Of a DNA stretch of 64,000 nt, positions 1 through 7,187 are shown in pieces. Under the pieces are notes generated by a model. That model worked only from the letters and a program-made list of their open reading frames with translations, searched no databases and had not been told where the DNA came from. Source of the DNA: Polyangiales bacterium (lineage in GTDB: Bacteria > Myxococcota_A > Polyangia > Polyangiales > Houyiibacteriaceae); contig JBGCFM010000082.1 of the NCBI GenBank assembly GCA_045106895.1, positions 1 to 64,000 on the forward strand, read 5' to 3'. How positions within the stretch are numbered: position 1 is the first letter of the stretch; each line of letters starts with the position of its first letter. The translations under genes were made by a program, and so were the position numbers.

Positions 1-27
1 GTCCACTCCAAACTGGACCGTGACCCC
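1..27 (-). tRNA. 5' part of a tRNA cut by the window edge (possibly tRNA-Asp)
   Basis: Minus strand reads GGGGTCA-CG-GTCC-AGTTTGGAGT-GGAC, i.e. acceptor 5' strand plus a complete D arm. The anticodon is outside the window; Asp is guessed only from the D-loop. Confidence 0.65.
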
Positions 28-34
28 TTGTTTA

Positions 35-178
35 TGAGGGAGCTTTGCAAAGCTCCCTCGCCGCCTTCGGCGGCTTCACCCTCAAAATATTTCTCTTATG
101 CAAGGTCACTCGCCGCCTTTGGCGGCTTCGCCCTCAAAACACTTCTGTTTCTAGGAAGGAGCTTTGCAAAGCTCCCTC
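35..178. repeat. REP-like palindromic repeat cluster in a tRNA spacer
   Basis: Perfect 24-bp palindrome GAGGGAGCTTTGCAAAGCTCCCTC at 36-59, repeated partially at 158-178. A 31-nt direct repeat CTCGCCGCCTTYGGCGGCTTCRCCCTCAAAA lies at 57-87 and 109-139. Confidence 0.75.
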
Positions 179-179
179 T

Positions 180-254
180 TGGCGCCGAGGGCTGGATTCG
201 AACCAGCGCGAATCCGGTTAACAACCGGACGCTCTGCCACTGAGCTACCTCGGC
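180..254 (-). tRNA. tRNA-Asn(GTT)
   Basis: Full cloverleaf: GCCGAGG/CCTCGGC acceptor, anticodon arm TCCGG-TTGTTAA-CCGGA, T arm GCTGG-TTCGAAT-CCAGC, encoded CCA. Confidence 0.95.
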
Positions 255-347
255 AAATGGGCGAGCGCAGATTGAGCGCACGCCGCAAGAGTCTTCTTCG
301 GTTTTCAAAAAACGCGCAGGTGCACGTCTGGCGCACGAATGCACCGG

Positions 348-419
348 CACGGGAGGAGGGATTCGAACCCCCATTACCTGGTCCAGAGCCAGGCGTCCTA
401 ACCGTTGGACGACTCCCGA
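348..419 (-). tRNA. tRNA-Gln(CTG)
   Basis: Anticodon arm CCTGG-CTCTGGA-CCAGG, T loop TTCGAAT, acceptor TCGGGAG/CTCCCGT. CCA is not encoded. Confidence 0.92.
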
Positions 420-591
420 TTATCAAACAAGTTTGTTTGATATCCATGTTTGATGCGCGAATATCACGGCATTAAACATGGTTAGATTGTACGCGCGTTC
501 GCTCGCACGCCCTCCGGTCGAGACCCGAGGTGATTCTGCGAAAACGTTATCTGTGGTCTCGAACTTGAACTCTCTCGTGCGACCGGAGAGG

Positions 592-675
592 TGGGACCGG
601 CAGGACTCGAACCTGCAGTGCACAAAGGCTCCCGGGTTACAGCCGGGTGGGGATACCGTCTTCCCCATCGATCCC
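592..675 (-). tRNA. tRNA-Tyr(GTA), long variable arm
   Basis: Acceptor GGGATCG/CGGTCCC, anticodon arm CCCGG-CTGTAAC-CCGGG, T arm GCAGG-TTCGAGT-CCTGC, discriminator A. Confidence 0.9.
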
Positions 676-694
676 TTGAACGAACATCGAACTA

Positions 695-733
695 GAAACG
701 AAAAAACCGCCGAGGCTTGGAGCCAGGGCGGTT
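695..733 (-). terminator. Intrinsic terminator (attenuator) just upstream of the first tRNA
   Basis: AACCGCC-CT-GGCT-CCA-AGCC-TC-GGCGGTT stem running into a T6 tract (TTTTTTCGTTTC), about 20 nt before tRNA-Tyr. Confidence 0.85.
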
Positions 734-777
734 GGGATAAGCCAGTCCAAATGGACTTCTGCTGTTCCAACCACCCT
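725..777 (-). promoter_or_regulatory. Antiterminator helix
   Basis: AGGGTGGTTGG (777-767) pairs with CCAACCGCCCT (735-725), giving 11 bp with one G-U and sequestering the terminator 5' strand. Confidence 0.75.
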
Positions 778-1003
778 AAATATCGAGACCCCGCTGACTA
801 CCCGGATGAATAAGAGCTCCGCTATTTGGATTGCGGGCTGCGTTCCTGCCGTAGACATATGCGCTTCGTCCGAAGGCACATTCGCTTCCAAAGACACCAA
901 AGGCACAGGCCTCTTGTTCCATGGTGGTCCAGCAACGCTCACTCGGGGAAAGCGGGCGGAACCCGCGTTCCTTTCGTTTTGCTATTTGTGTTGCCGTTTG
1001 CAT
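776..1003 (-). CDS. Putative attenuator leader peptide (75 aa)
   Basis: ATG follows an unstructured A/C-rich 5' UTR. The TAG stop overlaps the antiterminator strand. Codon usage is unlike the GC3-rich neighbouring genes. Confidence 0.6.
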   Translation of the reverse strand: MQTATQIAKRKERGFRPLSPSERCWTTMEQEACAFGVFGSECAFGRSAYVYGRNAARNPNSGALIHPGSQRGLDI

Positions 1004-1046
1004 GGTGTGTCGTTTGTTGTGAGGGCCGCGCCCTCGCTGAGTCCTA

Positions 1047-1074
1047 TGTATATATGCTCAGACGAGCATGTCAA
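1047..1074 (-). promoter_or_regulatory. Sigma70-type promoter with palindromic operator in the spacer
   Basis: TTGACA (1074-1069), 16-nt spacer, TATACA (1052-1047); inverted repeat ATGCTC-N4-GAGCAT at 1054-1069. Confidence 0.7.
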
Positions 1075-1213
1075 CAAAATGTTCTAAATAGTTTAAAGAA
1101 AATGATCGAAAACAAAAGAGATAGATTCTGAAACCTTCGCGGCGGAGGTGCCAAGCTCACGGAATCCTTGTTGAAACGCCGGAACCTTTTCCGGCGCACG
1201 GTGTCGCGGGTTC

Positions 1214-1786
1214 ATGGCCAAACTCACCGCAAAACAGCGCGCCTTTGTGCGTGCTCGATCCAAAGTCGCACCGGCAGAGCACCTGGACGATGAGCTCAAC
1301 ATCGTTCCGTTCCTCGACATCGTCATCAACCTCATCATGTTCCTGCTCATGGTGACTGCGTCGATCACGTCCTACACACAAGTCGCTACGGCCATGCCGG
1401 ACCACACGCCAAGTGTGTCGCCGGGGCCGGAGCCGGAGAGCCTCCGTCTGAGTGTCGTGCTCACGGAGTTCGGTATCCATGTGTCGACATCAGGCGCGCA
1501 GCTGAGCGCGGACTGCGTGACTCCAGGCGTCCCTGGGGAGGCGACGATCCCGACTCAGTTCGGCGCCTTCGACTGGGAAGCGTTGAGCGAGTGTGCGGAA
1601 CGCGCCCGAAGGGAGGCAGAGTCCACGGGTGTTGAGTTCAGGAACGCGGCGGGACTAGGCGAAGTCACGCTCACGGCGGACTCCCTCGTCGAGTACCAGA
1701 ACGTCATCCACGCGATGGATGCGCTCCGCGAGCGCGACGGTCGAAGTCTTTTTCCGGCTGTGCTTCTTTCGGCTGGCGTTCGCTGA
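1214..1786 (+). CDS. ExbD/TolR family protein (AglS-like)
   Basis: ELNIVPFLDIVINLIMFLL transmembrane motif with the conserved Asp; C-terminal ADSLVEYQNVIHAMDALR. Confidence 0.85.
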   Translation: MAKLTAKQRAFVRARSKVAPAEHLDDELNIVPFLDIVINLIMFLLMVTASITSYTQVATAMPDHTPSVSPGPEPESLRLSVVLTEFGIHVSTSGAQLSADCVTPGVPGEATIPTQFGAFDWEALSECAERARREAESTGVEFRNAAGLGEVTLTADSLVEYQNVIHAMDALRERDGRSLFPAVLLSAGVR

Positions 1787-2147
1787 TACGTCGGCAGTGT
1801 TTGCGCGTTTGGTATGAACGAAACGCGAAAAGAAACCGAAGCGCGGGTCTGCAAAAGAAGAGCCGCACAAGCGGTCCCTCGCCAGGGTGGAACTCGTACT
1901 CGACGGTGTCGTGCACACGTGTCCGTTTCGGACCGAGGGGCTCGAAGCGGTGGGTGTGGCGCCAAACCGCGAGAGGTCCCTTCTGTTGGACATCGACGAA
2001 GCTGTCTTCCTCGACGTCTTCGTGGCGAGCGTGCCATTCAATGCCAAACGGGCCGAAGTAGAGACGAAACTTCGCGACCATCCCCTCCTCGACGACTCCC
2101 CCTGCGAGGGTCTTCACCTTCAGAGGCGGCGGCGTGAGGAGCGGCAA
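1704..2147 (-). CDS. SRPBCC (polyketide cyclase-like) protein; start uncertain
   Basis: FVDVQQKGPLAVWRHTHRF...TRVHDTVEY signature. Family-like sequence continues upstream to about 2228. Confidence 0.75.
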   Translation of the reverse strand: MPLLTPPPLKVKTLAGGVVEEGMVAKFRLYFGPFGIEWHARHEDVEEDSFVDVQQKGPLAVWRHTHRFEPLGPKRTRVHDTVEYEFHPGEGPLVRLFFCRPALRFLFAFRSYQTRKHCRRISERQPKEAQPEKDFDRRARGAHPSRG

Positions 2148-2267
2148 CGCGGCCGTAGATCCGTGAAAGTCGCGGACGACTTCAATGGGGGCAGCGACGT
2201 CGAAGTGGGAGCGAAAGTGTTCGATACTCTAGGCCTGGGTCCAGGCCATGAACCTGCCAAGTCCAGT

Positions 2268-3134
2268 TCAACGGGAAGGCGGCCCGAGGGCCCGCCATAC
2301 AGGAAGTGCGTCCTCTTCGGTGGGTGAGGGCCGCAAGGCGAGTCCGACGATGACGACGGCGGCGAGGACCACGACCCCACCCAGGATCCAATAGACCGTG
2401 CCTGAGCGCGCGTCGGCTCGCGCGAGCTCTTCGTCGCTTGAGCCTCCAAGCTCGACGTCGGGTTGCGCGGCCGCTGCGACCTCCGCCGGACGCGGCGCAA
2501 ACCGAAGTGGCAGATCGCGGCGTTCACCCGCGCTTAGTGCAACGAGCGCTCGACTCTCGCGCGCTCCGAAGACGGCGGCGACGCGGTGCTCCCCTGGATC
2601 CAAAGGAACTGTGAGGGGTTGCCCCTCCGCGTATCGACCCGCGACGACGCCGTCGACGATGATTTGCCCGCTCTCGGCGCCTTGAACCACGACGACAAGC
2701 GTCGACTGCTGTTCACGTGCCCGGGTGCGGTAGCGCTCCAGCGAAGAGCGAGCGCTCTCGGCGCCTCGCTCTTCCACAGAGAGCTGGAGCAGCTGGGTGT
2801 ACACGGCGATGGCCTCGCCGAAGCGTCCGAGTTGCTCAAGGGCGTAGGCGTGAGCGATGGCCGTTTCCGCCCGAAAATGGATTGCGAGGGACGCTCGAAA
2901 CTCGTGCTCCGCCAACACGAAATCACCGTCGCCGGCGGCCAGAACCCCGGCATTTCGGTGGCGTGTCGAATCCTCGGGTTCGGGCTCCGTGACGGAAAGG
3001 GACGACCCTGTTGCATCTGGTCCCGCCGCCTCCTGGGCGTGAGCAAAAGACAGGAAAGGCATGAACACGAAGGCGAGAAGGAAGACTCGATCCACGCGAA
3101 CCTTAGTAACACAGACAGTCTCGGCCGCGGCCAT
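2268..3134 (-). CDS. TPR + PEGA-like domain membrane protein
   Basis: Signal peptide, TPR-like helices (ALEQLGRFGEAIAVY), PEGA-like LDPGEHRV segment, C-terminal TM helix. Confidence 0.7.
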   Translation of the reverse strand: MAAAETVCVTKVRVDRVFLLAFVFMPFLSFAHAQEAAGPDATGSSLSVTEPEPEDSTRHRNAGVLAAGDGDFVLAEHEFRASLAIHFRAETAIAHAYALEQLGRFGEAIAVYTQLLQLSVEERGAESARSSLERYRTRAREQQSTLVVVVQGAESGQIIVDGVVAGRYAEGQPLTVPLDPGEHRVAAVFGARESRALVALSAGERRDLPLRFAPRPAEVAAAAQPDVELGGSSDEELARADARSGTVYWILGGVVVLAAVVIVGLALRPSPTEEDALPVWRALGPPSR

Positions 3135-3258
3135 GCTCTAACCCACGAATTGGGGGCGTATCCTAGGGTTTTTCGAGCTGTGAGAGTGCTACTCGCTAAT
3201 CTGCTCACATCGGGCTAGAACCCCCGGACGCGCTGTTTTCGTCTCTGGAGGAGTACCC

Positions 3259-4440
3259 ATGTCCGCTCGTGAAGTCTTTATCGTTGGATCCGCTCGAACC
3301 CCAATCGGAGCTTTTCAAGGAGCCCTGTCGGCTGCGACTGCCCCGGAGCTCGGTGCAGTTGCGATTCGTTCAGCCCTCGAGCGCGCAGGCGTCGGCCCGG
3401 AGCTCGTCGACGAGACCTATATGGGCAACGTGCTCACATCAGGCATCGGCCAAGCGCCGGCGCGTCAGGCGGCGAAGAAGGCCGGCGTTCTGGATAAGAC
3501 CCCTGCCACGACGGTTGGCAAAGTGTGCGGTTCAGGAATGATGAGCATCATTCTTGGCGCGAAGAGCATCTTGCTCGCGGACGCCGAAATTGTCGTTGCG
3601 GGAGGCATGGAATCGATGTCTCAGGCGCCGTACCTCTTGCCGAAGGCACGTGATGGCTACCGTCTTGGCAACGGGACCGTCGTGGACTCGATGGTCCACG
3701 ACGGACTCTGGGACCCCTACGGCGACAAGCACATGGGCAACTGCGGAGAGACCTGCGCGAAGGAGTTTGGCTTCACGCGAGAGGCGCAAGATGAGTTCGC
3801 CGTCGAGTCGTACAAGCGCGCCCAAGCGGCGGTCGCTGAAGGCAAACTCGCCACGGAGATCGCGCCTGTGACCATCAAGGGACGCAAGGGCGACACCGTC
3901 GTGAGCGAGGACGAAGAGCCCGGTCGCGCACGTTTCGACAAGATGCTCACGCTTCGCTCCGCTTTCGAAAAGGACGGGACTATCACCGCCGCCAACGCGA
4001 GCAAGCTCGACGATGGCGCTGCGGCGCTCATCCTCGCGAGCGGCGAAGCCGTTGAGAAGCATGGGCTCACCCCTATTGCGAAGCTCGTCGGCTACGCTGG
4101 TCACGCCCAGGAGCCCGAGTGGTTCACGACGGCGCCCGTCGGCGCGGTGGAAAACGTGCTCAAGAAGACGGGCTTGAGCGTCGACGATATCGATCTCTTT
4201 GAGGTCAACGAAGCCTTCGCTGTGGTCAGCATGGCCTGCATCGAAAAGGCCGCCGTTCCGCATTCAAAGATGAATGTGTGGGGCGGAGCCATCTCGCTGG
4301 GTCACCCCATTGGCTGCTCCGGCGCGCGCATCGTGGTGACCCTGCTTCATGCACTTCAGGACCGAGATGAAAAGCGCGGACTCGCCACGCTTTGCATCGG
4401 CGGGGGCGAAGCCCTGGCTGTCGTCGTGGAGCGAGTCTGA
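3259..4440 (+). CDS. atoB: Acetyl-CoA C-acetyltransferase (thiolase)
   Basis: RTPIG, KVCGSG, NEAF, GHPIG and LCIGGG motifs; GGAGGAG RBS. Confidence 0.95.
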   Translation: MSAREVFIVGSARTPIGAFQGALSAATAPELGAVAIRSALERAGVGPELVDETYMGNVLTSGIGQAPARQAAKKAGVLDKTPATTVGKVCGSGMMSIILGAKSILLADAEIVVAGGMESMSQAPYLLPKARDGYRLGNGTVVDSMVHDGLWDPYGDKHMGNCGETCAKEFGFTREAQDEFAVESYKRAQAAVAEGKLATEIAPVTIKGRKGDTVVSEDEEPGRARFDKMLTLRSAFEKDGTITAANASKLDDGAAALILASGEAVEKHGLTPIAKLVGYAGHAQEPEWFTTAPVGAVENVLKKTGLSVDDIDLFEVNEAFAVVSMACIEKAAVPHSKMNVWGGAISLGHPIGCSGARIVVTLLHALQDRDEKRGLATLCIGGGEALAVVVERV

Positions 4441-4461
4441 CATCGTGATGGAACGCGGGGG

Positions 4462-6237
4462 ATGCAAGCGATGAGCGCGCGATACTCACTAACAGGGGCG
4501 GTCCCATTCGACGCTTACCTGCGTGATGCGGATCTCAGTGGAGACGCCAGCGATTTGAGAGATATGCATCTCTTGGGCGACCGGAATCTCGGCGTCGCTC
4601 GCGCTTGGGTCGTCCTTGGTCCTGATTCTGAGGAGAGCGACTCTCTCCTCAGCGTGATCAGCGCAGGGGAGAGTGAGCGAATCCACGTTCGCCTCCTCGA
4701 TACGCGCGCCGCCGCTCTCGACCTTTCGCGCGAAGACGTCGTGTCGGGAAGAGCCGACGGGCTCGTCGACGCTTGGAAGAGCACATGGCCTGAGACGGAC
4801 GAGGGCCACAGTGTTCTCATCGCCCCAACGGACGCCGCGCCGGGTCGGGCGACTTCGAGCAATATGGCCGAGGGGAAAGCCGACGAAGTCTGCGTTTGGG
4901 GTGCCGGCGCGCACTCGTGCTGGCGCATTGACCGACGAAGCACGCGCGTTTCCGAAAACGGAGAAGGCCTCGACATGTTCGTCGCCGAAAGCGTCGCCGA
5001 CCTCGTCGACCGCGTGCAGCTCGCGTTGGGACGGCCCGTCGAAGTGGAATGGGCTCTTCAAGACGAACGCCCGACGCTCATCGCGGTCCGTGACCTTCCC
5101 GTTCCAGCGCGCGTGTCCGGTCCAAGCAAAGGGCCGTGGCGCCGTGTGTCGCTCGCTCTCGACGACGAAGGAACGGTGGTTCCACTCGCCATCGACACGT
5201 TGGGCCGTGCGCTTCGAACCCCGACGGACCCGATGTCCGTGTCCGTTGTCGAGCGTGTTTTTGCGCGCCCCTATCGGCGACGCGCCGCAGTTGGCGCGCC
5301 GGCTTGGGGAGGGGAGCGCAAGGCGGAGAGCCTACGCAGTGCTGGCCTCGTCGTCGCCCGGGCGAGTTCCGAGACCGCGGCGTTCTTCGCGGACATGCGC
5401 CGCTTTGACCGGAGCTTCTCACGACGCCTGGAGGAGCGCGCTTGTGCGCTGGAGGGGCTCGACAGTGACGCTCTCGCGGCACACTTAAGCTTCTGGCAGG
5501 ACTTCGCAGGCGAACCGCTTTTGCTCTTGAACCGCGCTCGCCGTAACAACCGCGCGCTTCTGGCCGCGCTGGAGTCCGTCGTCGGCGCCCTCGACCAAGA
5601 CATCGGCGTCGCGCTCTCGATGCCGCGCTTCACGACGAAACGTCAGGCTGTTCACGCTCAGCTCGCAGCGCTCAAGAAGGCGGCTGACGGGCGCGCTCCC
5701 GCGGACCTCGATGTTTCGGCTCGAAACGCATGGAAGAAGGCGCGAAACGAGCTGTCGCAGATTCGTGCGCTGGGTATCGACCTCTCCCCCGTTGCCTTCG
5801 GTGCGACGAACGGGACGCTAGGCAAGGCCGTGGCGCGCGGTTTCGAGGAGTACGGAGACCAACGCGAGTCCCGTCGGCACGCTGCGGAAAAGCACGTCCG
5901 TGGTTTGGCCTCGGGAGGCGCACTCGGCGCTCCGCGGCTCGCCATCGCGGGTTCTGTCTTGTTGCTCTTGCGCCAGCTGACGCGGGCGAAAGGCGTGTTG
6001 GCGGAACAGCTCGCGACGGCGCTCTTGGGCGTTCGCCGTGTGGCCTTGGAAGCGGGGCGGCGCCTCGAAGAGGAGGCGATTCTCGATGAGCCCCTCGACG
6101 CGCTCTACTTGAGCGCCAAAGAGATACGAAAGTCCCTCGGCGGAAACGTCGCTGGGTACGCTGCTCGCGTTCGTGCTCGTCGAGAAGACGACCGTCGCTG
6201 GGCAAACTTCGCTGCGCCAAGACGGCTCGGCGAGTAA
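4462..6237 (+). CDS. Degenerate PEP-synthase/rifampin-phosphotransferase-like protein lacking the phospho-His domain
   Basis: GRPVEVEWAL...IAVRDL resembles the G.PqDIEW...lQ.RP motif. The segment LEAGRRL...DALYL is present, but no His swivel domain follows. Confidence 0.55.
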   Translation: MQAMSARYSLTGAVPFDAYLRDADLSGDASDLRDMHLLGDRNLGVARAWVVLGPDSEESDSLLSVISAGESERIHVRLLDTRAAALDLSREDVVSGRADGLVDAWKSTWPETDEGHSVLIAPTDAAPGRATSSNMAEGKADEVCVWGAGAHSCWRIDRRSTRVSENGEGLDMFVAESVADLVDRVQLALGRPVEVEWALQDERPTLIAVRDLPVPARVSGPSKGPWRRVSLALDDEGTVVPLAIDTLGRALRTPTDPMSVSVVERVFARPYRRRAAVGAPAWGGERKAESLRSAGLVVARASSETAAFFADMRRFDRSFSRRLEERACALEGLDSDALAAHLSFWQDFAGEPLLLLNRARRNNRALLAALESVVGALDQDIGVALSMPRFTTKRQAVHAQLAALKKAADGRAPADLDVSARNAWKKARNELSQIRALGIDLSPVAFGATNGTLGKAVARGFEEYGDQRESRRHAAEKHVRGLASGGALGAPRLAIAGSVLLLLRQLTRAKGVLAEQLATALLGVRRVALEAGRRLEEEAILDEPLDALYLSAKEIRKSLGGNVAGYAARVRARREDDRRWANFAAPRRLGE

Positions 6238-6302
6238 CAATCCACGTTGCGATCATGAAGCAAGAAGAGATGCCGCCTGATGCGGCCAAGGACGGATAGA
6301 AG

Positions 6303-7187
6303 ATGTCGATTAAGGTGTTTGCGGTTATCGGGGCGGGACAAATGGGGCGAGGCATTGCCCAAGTGGCGGCGGAAACTGGATACAAAGTCCATCTGCTGGA
6401 CGCGTCCCAGGAGCAGGCCGACGCGGGCAAGGCGCGAATCGCCAAGGGCCTCACTCGGCTGGTCACAAAGGGTCGCCTCGAGGAAGCGGACCGCGACGCG
6501 ACATTGGAGCGAATCCATGCGACGGCGAACTACGCGGACCTCGGCGACGCGGACATCGTGGTGGAGGCGGCGACGGAGAAGCTCGACCTCAAGCAAAAGA
6601 TCTTTGCGAGCGCGGATGAAGCGATGAAGGAAGGCGCGATTCTCGCGAGCAACACGTCGAGTATCTCTTTGACGAAGCTCGCAGCCGTGACCAGCCGCCC
6701 CGAGCAGGTCATCGGGATGCACTTCATGAACCCGGTTCCGCGCATGAAGCTCGTCGAGGTCATCCGCGCGCTCCAGACGAGCGATGAGACCTTCGACACG
6801 ACGATGGAAGCTGGTCGGGCGATGGGCAAGACCCTCGTCAGCACCAAGGATGTTCCTGGTTTTATCGTCAACCGCCTGTTGATTCCTTTCCTCAACGAGG
6901 CGTGTTTCACGCTCCAAGAAGGACTCGGCGCCGTCGACGAAATCGACGAAGCGACGAAGCTCGGACTCAACCATCCGATGGGACCTTTCGAGCTCGCCGA
7001 CCTGATCGGTCTCGACACGGTGCTCTTCATCGCCGAGGTGCTTCAGCGCGAGTTTGGAGACGACAAGTATCGTCCTTCGACGATTCTTCGAAACTATGTC
7101 GCCGCGGGATGGCTCGGGCGCAAAAGTGGACGCGGTTTCTATCACTATGACGAACGCGGCCGAAAGGTAGAAGGAAACCCACAATGA
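6303..7187 (+). CDS. hbd: 3-hydroxybutyryl-CoA dehydrogenase
   Basis: GAGQMG, SNTSS, GMHFMNP, HPMGP and GRKSGRGFY motifs. Confidence 0.93.
   Translation: MSIKVFAVIGAGQMGRGIAQVAAETGYKVHLLDASQEQADAGKARIAKGLTRLVTKGRLEEADRDATLERIHATANYADLGDADIVVEAATEKLDLKQKIFASADEAMKEGAILASNTSSISLTKLAAVTSRPEQVIGMHFMNPVPRMKLVEVIRALQTSDETFDTTMEAGRAMGKTLVSTKDVPGFIVNRLLIPFLNEACFTLQEGLGAVDEIDEATKLGLNHPMGPFELADLIGLDTVLFIAEVLQREFGDDKYRPSTILRNYVAAGWLGRKSGRGFYHYDERGRKVEGNPQ

Noticed and set aside
35..178. Repeats as a CRISPR array
   Set aside because: Only two copies of each module in A-B-B-A order, no regular spacers and no cas genes in the window.
28..813. Short ORFs across the tRNA region
   Set aside because: They overlap clear tRNA cloverleafs and repeats and have no coding features.
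695..1003. T-box riboswitch as the explanation for the attenuator
   Set aside because: GGGTGGTTGG only partly resembles the T-box (AGGGTGGNACCGCG); the ACCGCG half and a recognisable stem I are missing, and an ORF ends exactly there.
1..1200. Prophage or integrative element at the tRNAs
   Set aside because: No integrase, phage gene or duplicated tRNA 3' end in the window; the left flank cannot be seen.
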